Assembly (NCBI GenBank): GCA_963829055.1
Contig: CAWHHI010000009.1
Span: forward strand, 64,001 to 128,000
Length of the DNA: 64,000 nucleotides
Direction of reading: 5' to 3'
DNA from: an uncultured Gemmatimonadaceae bacterium
Lineage (GTDB): Bacteria > Gemmatimonadota > Gemmatimonadetes > Gemmatimonadales > Gemmatimonadaceae
Positions within the stretch are counted from its first letter, which is position 1, and every line of letters starts with the position of its first letter. The translations under genes and the position numbers were made by a program. The notes under the pieces were generated by a model that saw only the letters and a program-made list of their open reading frames with translations, was not told the origin of the DNA and did not search any database. Shown one piece after another: positions 31,250-42,243 of this stretch.

Positions 31250-31573
31250 TGGAGGCGGCCCCGACTCGCCGGCCTGAGCGTGCGCCTCAACGAGCGCGAT
31301 GGCGAGCCCGACGAACTCCTCCGGAGGCGGGATGTACGAGCTGGAAGGCGCGGCCCATGCTTGGAGCTCGCGCATAACGGTTTCCACGTCGGCGTTTCCG
31401 TCGAGCACCGCAACCAGCCACTGGGCGGCCTCTCCGAGCGGCTCACCCAAGCCGGGTACGAACTTCGCTCGGGCAAGGACATCTTCGAGCGGCTGTTCAC
31501 GTTTGCGTATGAGAAGGAACAGGGGATCGTCCGGCGGGCGCTCCCAGAACGCGTTTACCATGTCGTCGGACAA
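31244..31573 (-). CDS. Cassette hypothetical protein
   Basis: AGGGAG RBS and TTG start just after GTTAGGC (31605-31599); stop inside the next GCCTAAC. Confidence 0.72.
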   Translation of the reverse strand: MSDDMVNAFWERPPDDPLFLLIRKREQPLEDVLARAKFVPGLGEPLGEAAQWLVAVLDGNADVETVMRELQAWAAPSSSYIPPPEEFVGLAIALVEAHAQAGESGPPPA

Positions 31574-31598
31574 CGTAGGCTCCCTAATGTGTACGTCA

Positions 31599-31680
31599 GC
31601 CTAACGCCAAATGGGTTGTCACGTTATCTCGCGAAGCCGACCCAAATGCTGTGGGGCTTCGCAAGATATGCCGTTGGTGT
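31599..31680 (-). repeat. Candidate first recombination site of the array (atypical attC or attI-like)
   Basis: Minus strand: CACCAAC...ATCTTGCGAAGCC...GGCTTCGCGAGAT hairpin...GGC-GTTAGGC, immediately upstream of the first cassette ORF. Confidence 0.45.
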
Positions 31681-32000
31681 CCGGAAGAGCAAACGCTAAG
31701 CCGCTTGGCGGCATGAGGTTGTGCGCCCAGGAAGCGGCGGTAGGCGGTTTCGTCTTGCGAGGGCTCGCAGGATATCGGCGCCAGGCGACCACGGGATTCA
31801 TAGCATCCCATACGGCACCCATAGAGTCCGCTCGTTGCCCGATCACGAAACTTGCCAGCCCCGCCACACTTCGCGCCCGCGCCGCCGCTGAGATCTGGTT
31901 CCTTGCTGTCGTCGAAGCAACGTGCCGCGCCGCTCGAGCCACGCTGGCGGAGTCGGTTTGCCGGCGCGCTCTTCGTCCGACCAACATGGTTGCGCCGGCA

Positions 32001-33137
32001 TCACGAGGTTCCCCACACCTCACCGAAGACGCGCATCCAGTTCCCGCCGATGATCTTCTCGACGCGCGTCGCCGAGTGCCCGCGTGTCAGAAGCTGGTCG
32101 GCGATCAGCTCCAGCCGCCGCGGCGTGTTGAGGTCCTTCACGAACATGTAGTCCTCCTCGCGCGGCGCGGCGATGCCACGCTGCTTGCGGCCTTCCACGA
32201 AGCGACGGTGCTTCGTCTCGTACTCCGCGTTCACGACGTGCGGCGTGATCGAGAGATCGCTGCCGATCCCGACGTGGTCCTCGCCGCAGACCTTGACCGC
32301 GTACTCGATCTGCTTGATGAGGTCCGCCGCCATCGGCTGCCCCTGCGCGTTGAGGAACGGCATCATGTAGATCCCGATCACACCGCCCTTGTTCGCCAGC
32401 GCGCGCAGGATGTCGTCCGTCTTGCTGCGCGGATGATCGAACACGCCGCGGCAGCCGCTGTGCGTGATCGCCACCGGTCTGGATGACGTGGCGATGCCGT
32501 CGGCCGTCGTCTGCAGCCCGCAGTGGCTCAGATCCACCAGCATGCGCAGCTCGTTCATCCGCGCGACCACATCTCGGCCGTGACGACTCAGGCCCGCGTT
32601 CGCCGGCTCCAGGCAGCCGTCGCCGAGGAGGTTGCGGTCGTTGTAGGTGAGCTGGATGATGCGGACGCCGAACCGTTGGAAGACGTCGAGGTTCGCCGCG
32701 TCGCCCTCGAGCATCGTCGCGTTCTGGAATCCGTAGATGAGCCCGAGGCGCCGCGTCTCCTTCGCGCGATGGAGATCGGCGACGGAGTAGATCTTCATGA
32801 GGACGTCGGGATGCGCCTGGAGCTCGCGCTCCCAGTATCCCATGTCGCGGAACGTCGCCGCGACGTTAGGCGCGCTGCTCACGGTCAGGTTCACGGCCGT
32901 GATGCCCGACGCTTTCGCGTTGGCGACCATCTCGGGCGTGAGCGGGTTGGCGGTGGCATCCGGCGTGTTGAACGGCCCCGGACTCGCGAGGCAGTCGATG
33001 GCTACCGCGCGCTCGTAGCCCGGCCACCCCGACGACACCCGCTCGGCGGCAGCACCGCGCGCTTCGCGACCGAGGAGCACCGCTCGTGGCGCAAGCGCTG
33101 TTACTCCGGCGAGTTTGGTGAAATCACGGCGATGCAT
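32001..33137 (-). CDS. Membrane dipeptidase (peptidase M19) with Tat-like signal
   Basis: MHRRDF; IQLTYN, LVDLSH, ITHS, HPRSKTD, HVGIGSD. Confidence 0.9.
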   Translation of the reverse strand: MHRRDFTKLAGVTALAPRAVLLGREARGAAAERVSSGWPGYERAVAIDCLASPGPFNTPDATANPLTPEMVANAKASGITAVNLTVSSAPNVAATFRDMGYWERELQAHPDVLMKIYSVADLHRAKETRRLGLIYGFQNATMLEGDAANLDVFQRFGVRIIQLTYNDRNLLGDGCLEPANAGLSRHGRDVVARMNELRMLVDLSHCGLQTTADGIATSSRPVAITHSGCRGVFDHPRSKTDDILRALANKGGVIGIYMMPFLNAQGQPMAADLIKQIEYAVKVCGEDHVGIGSDLSITPHVVNAEYETKHRRFVEGRKQRGIAAPREEDYMFVKDLNTPRRLELIADQLLTRGHSATRVEKIIGGNWMRVFGEVWGTS

Positions 33138-33168
33138 GGACGAATCACTCCGCGTGTGTGGAGACGAT

Positions 33169-35547
33169 CTACTTCAGCCCCGCGCGCCGCAGCATCGCCT
33201 GAAAGCGTGCGTCCGACCGGAGTGGCGCGAGACGGTTGTCGACGTTCATATAGGCGAGGATCGCCGCATTCGACGTGAAGCCGCGCTCGAGCCACGCGAT
33301 GGCTCGGTCGGCGTCGCCCATCGCGGCGTACATCTGAGCCGGCACCCGCTCGTCCAGGTAATGCTCGCGCGCCGCCGCCTCCACCAGTGCTGCCTCTCGC
33401 TTCGCTTCCGTTCCGCGCCCCAGCCGCGCGAGCGCCGCCGCCATGTGTGCGTGCGTCACCGGCGTTGGGTCGGCCTCGTGTCGGAGCGTGTCGACGAGTG
33501 CGGCGTACTGCCCGTTCGCGAACATCAGGTGCATGCGACAGCGATGGCCGACCGCCGCGGTGACGTCGCCCGCCGACGCGCAGGCCGCGTTCGCGTCGGC
33601 GAGCCGGCCAGCATAGACGAAGTTGACCGGCGCCCAGTAGGCGAGGAACTGTGACAGGGGGTCGATTCGGAACGCGCGATGGAGCACCGCCGCGGCCGAA
33701 TCCGGCCGGCCGGTGGCCGACAGGATGTTGGAGTAGCCCGTTGCCGCGTCCACGAGCGTCGAGTCGAGGGCGAGCGCGCGCACCCACTCGCGCTCGCCCT
33801 CGGCGTAGTCGCGGTCGTAGTAGGCCAACAGCGATGCATGCTGCGCGTGTGCGTCGGCAAGCGTGGAGTCGATGGCGAGCGCGCGCGCGACGGCCGTGCG
33901 GATGTGCGGCAGCGCCTCCGTCGCCGGAACGAAATCGTCGGCCAATCGGATCCACGCCTCTCCGAGTCCGCTCCAGGCGGCGGCGTACGTCGAGTCGAGA
34001 GCGAGCGCTTGCTCGTAGAGTGCGACGGAGCGGCGCAGCGATGGCCCGGTGTACACGTCGGCCAGGTACTGCGCGCGCAGCACGAGATCGTGCGCCTCGG
34101 CGCTCTCCGTGCCCTGACGCGAAGGTCGAAGCGTGCCGGCGAACCTAACGCTCAGCGCCGACGCGATGGCTCGTGCGACTTCGTCCTGGACGCGGAAAGC
34201 GTCCTTCATGTCGCGCGCGTACGTCTCGCTCCAGAGCTGCGTGCCATCGGTCACGTCCACGAGCTCCACCGACAGGCGAAGCTGCTGACCTTGCCGCCGT
34301 ACTCGGCCCGCGAGTACGGAACCCACGTTCAGTCGCCGGCCCGCGTCGCGCACGTCCACCCGACCGCGCGTATCGATGAGCGAAGCCGCGCTCCGCGATG
34401 CGACACGCAGTCCCGGTACTCGTGCCAGGGCGCCCGTGACTTCGTCTGTCATGCCGGCGGCGAAGTACGCGTTGGCCGTATCGCCCCCAACGTCTACCAG
34501 CGGCAATACCGCAACCGACTTCGCCGGCGCCGCGGTAGTGGCCGCGAGTGGAGCAGGTGAGGAAGCATCGCGCCGCAGGAGAATGGTGGTGGCACTCACC
34601 GCGACCACCACTAGCGCAGCCGCGGCCCCCCACCTGAGCCAGCGCCGCGGCCGAGGGAGGCTGACGCGCGATACCAACTCGGTGGGTGTGGTAACCGCTT
34701 CGAGCTCGGCGAGCACTTCGTCTCCGGACTGCGGCCGGTCAGCGGGGTGCTTCTCGAGCAGGCGCATAACGAGTACCGACAGCCGGTCGGGTACATTGGC
34801 TCGGCGGTTCGAGAGCGGCTCGGGGGCCTCCGTCGCGTGCGCCGCCACGAGCGCCTGCATCGAACGCCCGACGTACGGATGAGTTCCGGCGATGAGCTCG
34901 TAGGCGATCACGCCGAGTGCGTAGAGGTCTGCTCGATGATCGGCCGTGGAGTCACCGAGTGCCTGTTCGGGCGCCATGTAGGCTGGCGTCCCGAGTGCGA
35001 CACCGGCCGACGTCAGCGCTCCGTATCCGTCGGTGCCGCCGTCGGTCGCCGCGACGAGCGCTTTGGCGATGCCGAAGTCGGCGACGAGCGCGTCACCGTC
35101 CTCACCGAGCAGGATGTTCTCCGGCTTGACGTCGCGGTGGACGACGCCGCGCCGGTGCGCGTACGCGAGCGCCCGTGCCACGTCACGCAGTACCCGTACG
35201 ACGACACCAATCGGGAGCGCACCATCGCGGGCGAGGCGGCCGCGGAGGGTCTCGCCCGCGACGAACGGCATCGTATAGTACAGCAGGCCGTCGCTCTCTC
35301 CGGCGTTGAGCAGCGGAACGACGTGCGGGTGCTGGAGGCCGGCGGCCAGCTGGACCTCTCGTCGAAACCGCTCGGCGCTCACGAGCCCCAATGTCTCGGG
35401 CGGCAGCACCTTGACCACCACACGACGTCCGAGAGTAGTCTCGACGGCCATGAAGACGCGGCTCATTCCCCCGCCACCGAGCTCTCGCTCGATGGAGTAG
35501 GTACTACCGAGCGTTGTCCGGAGGTGCTCCCCCAGGTCGTTCTTCAT
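33169..35547 (-). CDS. Ser/Thr protein kinase with TM, TolB-like and TPR domains
   Basis: GGAGG RBS; ELGGGGMSRV, HRDVKPEN, DFG, GTPAYMAPE; TM; KSVAVLP...YFAAGMTDE; TPR-like helices. Confidence 0.93.
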   Translation of the reverse strand: MKNDLGEHLRTTLGSTYSIERELGGGGMSRVFMAVETTLGRRVVVKVLPPETLGLVSAERFRREVQLAAGLQHPHVVPLLNAGESDGLLYYTMPFVAGETLRGRLARDGALPIGVVVRVLRDVARALAYAHRRGVVHRDVKPENILLGEDGDALVADFGIAKALVAATDGGTDGYGALTSAGVALGTPAYMAPEQALGDSTADHRADLYALGVIAYELIAGTHPYVGRSMQALVAAHATEAPEPLSNRRANVPDRLSVLVMRLLEKHPADRPQSGDEVLAELEAVTTPTELVSRVSLPRPRRWLRWGAAAALVVVAVSATTILLRRDASSPAPLAATTAAPAKSVAVLPLVDVGGDTANAYFAAGMTDEVTGALARVPGLRVASRSAASLIDTRGRVDVRDAGRRLNVGSVLAGRVRRQGQQLRLSVELVDVTDGTQLWSETYARDMKDAFRVQDEVARAIASALSVRFAGTLRPSRQGTESAEAHDLVLRAQYLADVYTGPSLRRSVALYEQALALDSTYAAAWSGLGEAWIRLADDFVPATEALPHIRTAVARALAIDSTLADAHAQHASLLAYYDRDYAEGEREWVRALALDSTLVDAATGYSNILSATGRPDSAAAVLHRAFRIDPLSQFLAYWAPVNFVYAGRLADANAACASAGDVTAAVGHRCRMHLMFANGQYAALVDTLRHEADPTPVTHAHMAAALARLGRGTEAKREAALVEAAAREHYLDERVPAQMYAAMGDADRAIAWLERGFTSNAAILAYMNVDNRLAPLRSDARFQAMLRRAGLK

Positions 35548-35639
35548 GGCCCGCACCTCCGCGTCGCCGCCCAGCCAAGTTACGATGCGGGGTCACGCCC
35601 GCCAACAAGAGGTCCTCAGCCTCGAAGCCTAGGCGAGCC

Positions 35640-36000
35640 GTCCGGCGAGCGTGTGCAAGGGTCGAGTAGGCGGCAACCCGAGCCGCGATGCGATGAACGC
35701 CCACTGGTCCACCGATTCCGCGATGGCGGACGACTGCGAGGCGTAGCTATGGCTCGCGTTGCTCGAGACCGCGGAGCGCTGATGGGGCGGCTGCACTCCT
35801 GCGCCGCCTGGAGGGCCGCCGCGAACTTGTACGCGTGACTCGGCACCACGCGGTCGTCGTGGTCGCCCGTGAGCAGCATTGCGCGGGATAGCAGACGCCG
35901 TTCCTCACGTTATGCAGCGGTGAGTACGCGTGGCAGATAGCGGAACGCCACCGAGTCGTGCAGGCGAGCCATACTCGGGAATCGACCCCGCGCTGCATGG
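35640..36000 (-). pseudogene. Prolyl oligopeptidase (S9A) C-terminal remnant
   Basis: PEYGSP, AYSPLHNV...YPA and LLTGDHDDRVVPSHAYKFAAALQ in broken frames; no N-terminal part or catalytic Ser region. Confidence 0.78.
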
Positions 36001-36188
36001 ATCAAGTCGCTGGGTTCGGGGCGGCAAGGCACGATGTGATTCTCGTCCGACCGATGAGGCTGTCCAGTGACACGTGACCGCGCGCGCTTTTCTTCTCACC
36101 GACCAATCCCGGATTGGACTCGAGGGCGGCCGGTCCACTGGCCGCCCTCGAACCACCGAGACCCATGCCTAACGAACTGCGGTACGGT

Positions 36189-37372
36189 TCAGAATGGGCT
36201 GGGAGTCAGCAGCTGTCCTTCGGCTACTGGACTGATCGTGAACACGCGAGAGGCGCTGCCCGTCTTTCCAGCGTTGTCGGTGACGCGCGCCGTGGCCGTG
36301 ACCGTCGTCTTGCCATCCGGCAGGATGAACGAGCCACCCGCGACCCAGCTCGCCGTCGTGGTGACGATGCCATTGCCGCGATGATCCAGCGTGCTGCCCG
36401 CGATGTCGAACGCGGGCGCCAGATTCTGGCCGGCCGGGACGATGACGCCGTTCCCGCGCTTGAAGTCGACGTCGAACGTGAGGCTCAGGCCGCGGAAGTT
36501 GCGATTCTCGCCCGTGCCGCCGAACTGGCTGCCGTCGCGGATGAGTCCCACCGTGGGGCTGATGCCTTCCCCGTTCTCGTTGACGCCGATGCCAGCGCCG
36601 CTGCGATCGGACGCCGAGATCTGGAAGAACAGGAAGGACGGGGTCGTGGCCGTGCCCGTGCCTAACGCCAGGCTCGACTGGTCACGCGGGCCGACCAGCG
36701 TCACTTCGGGTCCGTCAATGTCGTCCAGGCCATCTCCGCCAAGCAGTTCTGGCGACGCGGGCGTCAGCGCCTGTCCGCTCGTGCCGTGCTTGTCGACCTT
36801 CACCTTCACCACATCCGTGCTGATATGGCCCGCCGCGTCGCGCACGCTCGCCGTGATGTTGAAGCTCTTCACGTCCTCGCCGAACGACTCGAGCACGTGC
36901 CAGCCGGTCCAGATCGTCACACCGGCGCCCGGCGAGTCATCGGAGCCGAGGGTGTTGAAGAGGTTCGCCAGGTTGGTGTTCTTGGGGATGATGCTGCCGT
37001 CCGGCTTGATCATGTCTTCGTCAATGAAGACGCTGAGGCCCGGGAAGTTGGGGTTGGCTTGTCCCAGGAGGTCCGTGTTGCGGATGTTGATGCTCTCGTT
37101 GGCGGCAACATCGGCCGCGTCTTTCGTCACGGTCTCGATGATGATCGTGAACGCCGATCCACCGGCGGGCGACCCCTGTTCCGTAGGCGCCCTTCACCAC
37201 CGGCCACGACGTCGTTGGTGACCGGGGAGGTGATTCGTACGACCGGACCATTCGATTCGATCACGCCGCCGTCGCCGTTTCCTGGCGCGGTGACTGGCTT
37301 GCTGTAGTCCTGACACGCGGCCGCCGCGGCGGCTGCAGCAATCAGGACGAGTTGCTTCGTGGTGACCCGCAT
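36189..37372 (-). CDS. Uncharacterised lipoprotein with two internally repeated beta-rich domains (frameshift near 37170)
   Basis: GAGGA RBS; lipobox AAAAC; ORFs 37127..37372 and 36189..37130 join. Confidence 0.8.
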
Positions 37373-37504
37373 CCTGTCCTCTTCATCAAATTGGTTGTTG
37401 GAGCAATGCGCTCCGTGTATTGCGTCGCGATATGCAAACGGATCACTTCAGCCCGACCGGTCATTTCACGCGCGTCCTTTACACTTCTGACACATGGTGG
37501 CCGA

Positions 37505-37607
37505 GTGCGTTCGCCGCATGAAATCGTGCGTTCGCCGCATGCAGTCGCGCTCGCCGTATCAGGGTGCGCACTCGCCGCATGAAGTCGCGTACTCGCCGCA
37601 TGTATGG
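37505..37607. repeat. ~21-bp tandem repeat, 5 units
   Basis: Units such as GTGCGTTCGCCGCATGAAATC at 37505, 37526, 37547 (19 bp), 37566 and 37587. Confidence 0.85.
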
Positions 37608-37920
37608 CGGCGAGCAGACAGTGCGTGCACCGCGCCTGGTATGACAACCATGCCGCGTCAGGTGGGGCGCGGCTGCATACGGATGAGCGCGCCTAACGCT
37701 GATCGACCCGATGGGGCGCGCCTCGCGCGGGCGCCCGTTTCAGGTTCACGCGCGTTCGAAGCGTCTCCGCGTCACTCGGCGTTGCGAGGCGGACACCATG
37801 CGTCACGCCGTCGCCGCAAGCACGCTGAAGCCGCAGAACGGAACGCGGCCTTCCAATTGGTCATGTCGCCGTCGCTGTAGTGCGGTAGGTTGAACACGTG
37901 CTTTCCCGGGTGATGACCAC

Positions 37921-40900
37921 GTGACTCGTACGCCTCTCTTCTCGCTCTCGATCGCGAGCATCCTGTTCGCATCCCTCGTCGGCCCTCATGCGACGCAGCC
38001 CATCGAGCCACGCCTCCTGGCCGGTCTCACGTGGCGCAACGTCGGCCCCTTCCGCGGCGGGCGAGTCGCCGCCGTGAGCGGCGTGATCGGCCAACCCGGC
38101 GTCTTCTACATCGGACTTCCAGGCGGCGGCGTGTGGAAGACCACGAGCGCGGGGCAGACCTGGTATCCGGTGTTCGACTCCGTCACTGCCGTGTCGTCGA
38201 TCGGCGCCGTGGAGGTCGCGCCGTCGGACCCGAACATCGTGTACGCCGGCACGGGCGATCTGATCACCGGCCTGGGGATCAACGAGGGAAACGGCGTCTA
38301 CAAGTCCACCGACGCCGGCGCGACGTGGCAGCACATGGGGCTCGACGAGACGCAAGCAGATCCCGTCGATGCTCGTCGATCCACGCGATCCGAACGTCGT
38401 GCTCGTCGCCGCGCAGGGCGACGTCCACAAGAAGACGCGACGTCCGCGGCGTGTTCCGCTCCACCGACGGCGGGCGGACGTGGACGAAGACGCTGTACGT
38501 GGACGACGAGACCGGCATCCAGAAGCTCGCGCGCGCGTTCGACGTGCCTAACGTGATCTTCGCGACGACCGTGCCGCACTACCAGTCGCCGACGCCGAGG
38601 CCTCGCCCGGCGGCGGATACAGGCCGGACCGGGACCGCGCTGTACAAGTCGACCGACGGCGGCGTCACCTGGAAGGAGATCACCGGCGGCGGACTGCCGC
38701 GCATGCGGGGACGCACGTCGATCGCCGTCGCGATGAACACGAACGCGCAGCGGGTGTTCATCATCACGAACTTGGGGCTCTGGCGCTCCGACGACGGCGG
38801 CACCACGTGGCGCCAGATGGCCGCGGACGATCGAGCGCATTCGCAACGGCCAGGGCGGCTACAACTGCGGCGTCTACGTCGACACGAAGAATCCCGACAT
38901 CGTCTACACGATCAGCACGACGAGCTACAAGTCCACCGACGGCGGCAAGACGTTCACCGGCTTCAAGGGCGGCTACAGCGGCGACGACCCGCAGCAGATG
39001 TGGATCGACCCCACGGACAGCAAGCGCATGCTCGTCGGCTTCGATCAGGGCGCGGTCGTGACGCTCGACGCCGGCGCGACGTGGAGCTCGTGGTACAATC
39101 AGTCCACGGAGCAGATCTATCACATCTCCACCGACAACTCCTATCCGTACTGGATCTACGCGACGCAGCAGGACGCCGGCGCCATCCGCACGCGGAGCCG
39201 CGGCAACCTCGGCGCAATCACTCCGCTGGACTGGAGTCCCGTGCCGGGATGGGAGTGGGGCACGATCGTCGCCGATCCGCTCGATCCTAACGTGGTGTAC
39301 GGGAGCGGGAACGGCATCGTGAAGATCACGTATCCGAGCGAGCAGTGGATCGACGTGAGCCCGGGCGTCGGATCCGAGCCTCGGCGCTGCAGGCAGGGCA
39401 TCTCGGAGCCGATCGTGTGGGCGCCGTGGAACCAGCGCGAGCTGCTCGCGGGATTCCAGTATCTCATGGCCACGACCGACGGCGGCGTGCACTGGCGCAA
39501 GCTGAGCCCCGACCTCGGGCGTTCCGCCTAACGACTCGACGTGCGCGCGCGGCACCGGTCCGCGCCCGCCTGGCGGCGTGATCGAGTCGATCTCCCGTCC
39601 ACCGTGGCGCGCGGGCACGATCTGGGTCGGCACGAACAACGGGCTGATCAAGCTCACGCGGGACGACGGGGAAGACGTGGACCGACGTGTCGATCCCGGA
39701 TCTGCCGACGCCGAGACGTGCGATCATCGCGTACGTCGACGCGTCGCATCACGACGCCGGCACGGCGTACGTGGCGGTGGATCTCCACAACCCCGGCGAC
39801 TACGCGCCGTATCTGTACCGAACGCGCGACTTCGGGAAGACGTGGACGAGGATCGTGACCGACCTCCCGACCGGGCAGCCGAGTGGGAGCTTCGCGCGCG
39901 CGATCCGCGCGGACACGAAGAGGGCAGGGCTCCTGTTCGCGGGAACGGAGAGCGGGATGTACGTGTCGTTCGACGACGGCGACCACTGGCAACCGCTGGG
40001 CGGATCTGCCTAACACGTCGTACCGCGACATCGCGATCAAGGGCAACGACCTCATCGTCGCGACGTATGGCCGCGGCCTCTGGGTGCTCGATGACATCTC
40101 GATGCTCGGCAGCTCGACGCCGGCGGTGGCGAGCGAGCCCGCGCATCTGTTCAAGCCGGGCGACGCGGTGCGGGTGCGCCGCAACGTGAACGCGAACACG
40201 CCGTTCCCGAAGGAGGTGCCGCACGCGCTCAACCCGTCGGGTGGCGTGATGATCGACTACACGCTCGCGCTCGGCGCCGCAGGGCGAGATCACGCTCGAC
40301 GTGCTGGACGCGTCTGGTGCGGTCGTCAGGCACATGTCGAGCGGGCCGGCGCATCCGGTGCCTGAGGCGGCGAGGCCGACGCTGCCCAACTTCTGGGAGG
40401 CGTCGCCGCTCGTGCTGCCGACGAAGGTCGGGGCGAACCGCGTGAGCTGGGATCTCAGGTACGACGCGCCGCCGGTGTTCGCGCACACGTTCGAGCTCAG
40501 CGCCAATCCGGGGCTGACGCCACCGTCGCCGGAGGGGCCGCTCGTGCTTCCGGGAACGTACACGGTTCGCCTGACGGTGGATGGACGGGCGTACACGCAG
40601 ACGGTTGCGGTGCGGCCGGATCCGAGGTCGGCGGCGACGCCTGCCGCGCTACAGGCGCAGCATGTGCTGGTCATGAAGCTCGTAAAGGGGATGAGGGTGA
40701 CGTTGGAGGGGTATCAGCAGGCTTCCACGCTTCGAGATGCGGCGCATCGGGCCGTGCCACCTAACGCGAGTACGGAAGTGACGGCGGCGCTCGCCGCTCT
40801 GGATGCGGCGATTGACTCCGTGACAGGCGATACGGCTGCGGCTCGAGCCTTCCACCTTGCGGGCGGTCCTGCGCCTGCGCCCAGATTCGTGGACGTGAAT

Positions 40901-41131
40901 GTCGCGCTGGCCTCCCAGCTCCTGGCACAGGACTACGCTGATCTCGCGCCAACGCCGGCGATGCTGGCGGGATTGGCGAAGACCTGTGCCGCGTTAGGGA
41001 CGACGGTGCGCAACTGGCAACGCGTGGTCACGCGCGACGTTCCTGCTTTCAGCGCGGTGCTCCGGCGAAATCAGATGGCGAATGTCCTGGCGACGCCCAG
41101 CCCGGTCGCGGCGCCCGAGTGTGGGGGCTAG
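37921..41131 (+). CDS. BNR/VPS10 beta-propeller glycosyl-hydrolase-like protein (several frameshifts)
   Basis: WRNVGPFRGGR; repeated Asp-boxes (S/T-x-D-G-G-x-T-W); ATYGRGLWVLDD; C-terminal WDLRY...GPLVLPGTYTVRL. Confidence 0.9.
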
Positions 41132-41140
41132 CGCCGTTCC

Positions 41141-42115
41141 TTACCTCGCCACGCGATGCTTGGCGATCGCCTCGCGAACCCTGTCCCACCCTTCGGGGTG
41201 CTCGCCGAAGACGCTCTCCTTCCAATCGTTCAGGTAGTAGTCGACCGAGAGACCGTGCTGGTTGACGACGTCCAGCTTCGCACCCTTCTCGATCAGGTAG
41301 AGCGCCGAGTCCCACTGCCGGGTCCCGATGAAACGCACGACCGCCGGCGTCCCGTCTGACTGGATGCGATCGATGTCCGCGCCGTTGTCGACGAACGCGC
41401 GCACCATCTCCGCATCGTCAGAGATCTCGCCCAGCGGCGTGTTACCGCTACGCGGGTCGACCGCGTTCGGATCCGCGCCATGCTCGAGCAACGCGCGCAT
41501 CGCGTCGTGCGCCGCCGGAGTGCGGCCATAGATCAGGTAGCTGGGCGGACTCTCGCCGCTCGCCATCTTCGTAGTGCGCGGGTCGGCGCCCGCGGCGAGC
41601 AGCGCGCGAACCGGTCCCGATCCACCCTCCTTCTCGCGCACGACGACGATCGCGTATGCGAGCAGGTCGTTCCCCGCGCGGTCCGTTCCTTCGGGCGGAC
41701 GCTTGCCGCCTAACAACTGCACCAGTGTCGCGGAGTCGTTCGCGGCGATCGCACGCGCCATCGACGCCAGCGTCGCGTCCTTGAAGTCGCCGACGCGCGC
41801 CTCGTCGTCGGCAAACCGACGGCTCTTATTCGCCCGCATCACCGGATCGGCGATGAAGAACACCAGCGGCCACGCGAGAATGACGGTCAGCGTGATCAGC
41901 CCCATCGTCGACTCCCTCCGCGCCGCAACCTTGAGCAACAGACCGGCACCGGCAAGCAATGCGAGGACGAACAGCACCGCAAAGATGCCGAGCCCGGGTC
42001 CGGCCTCGGGGCTCGACGTGCGCTCGGTGGAGACCCGCACGAGCCAATAGAGCAGCACGGCGAGCAGGATGCCCCAGAGCGTCCAGTTGACGGGGACGAG
42101 TATGCGCGTGTTCAC
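41141..42115 (-). CDS. Membrane-anchored ankyrin-repeat protein
   Basis: Three N-terminal TM helices; LLAAGADP, LLEHGADPN...GNTPL, FVDNGADI, LIEKGA. Confidence 0.85.
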   Translation of the reverse strand: MNTRILVPVNWTLWGILLAVLLYWLVRVSTERTSSPEAGPGLGIFAVLFVLALLAGAGLLLKVAARRESTMGLITLTVILAWPLVFFIADPVMRANKSRRFADDEARVGDFKDATLASMARAIAANDSATLVQLLGGKRPPEGTDRAGNDLLAYAIVVVREKEGGSGPVRALLAAGADPRTTKMASGESPPSYLIYGRTPAAHDAMRALLEHGADPNAVDPRSGNTPLGEISDDAEMVRAFVDNGADIDRIQSDGTPAVVRFIGTRQWDSALYLIEKGAKLDVVNQHGLSVDYYLNDWKESVFGEHPEGWDRVREAIAKHRVAR

Positions 42116-42243
42116 GGACTTTACGATGTGGGCCGACCGCCGCGCTCGTCCAGCCTTCCGGGTGAGCGTGACGCTGGACTCGTACCTTCACCGCCGATAA
42201 CGTGATGGATGACGTGATGCCTCCCCCAACGCGCGTGCCTGCC

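Larger units (their letters stand above)
26383..31680 (-). mobile_element. Integron cassette array with no integrase in the window (CALIN-like)
   Basis: Two clear and one degenerate full attC sites plus several partial ones, separating short, mostly minus-strand ORFs; stops TAA fall inside GCCTAAC. Confidence 0.8.

Noticed and set aside
31619..32023. Possible integrase or other gene upstream of the cassette array
   Set aside because: No tyrosine-recombinase motifs in any frame, and the space is too short for intI.
33169..35547. Two similar membrane Ser/Thr kinases (33 kb and 56 kb) as a novel system
   Set aside because: Kinase-TM-TolB/TPR and kinase-TM-PD40 architectures are common paralogous expansions in such genomes; nothing locally unusual.
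37505..37607. CRISPR array
   Set aside because: The repeats are contiguous with no unique spacers, and no cas genes are present.
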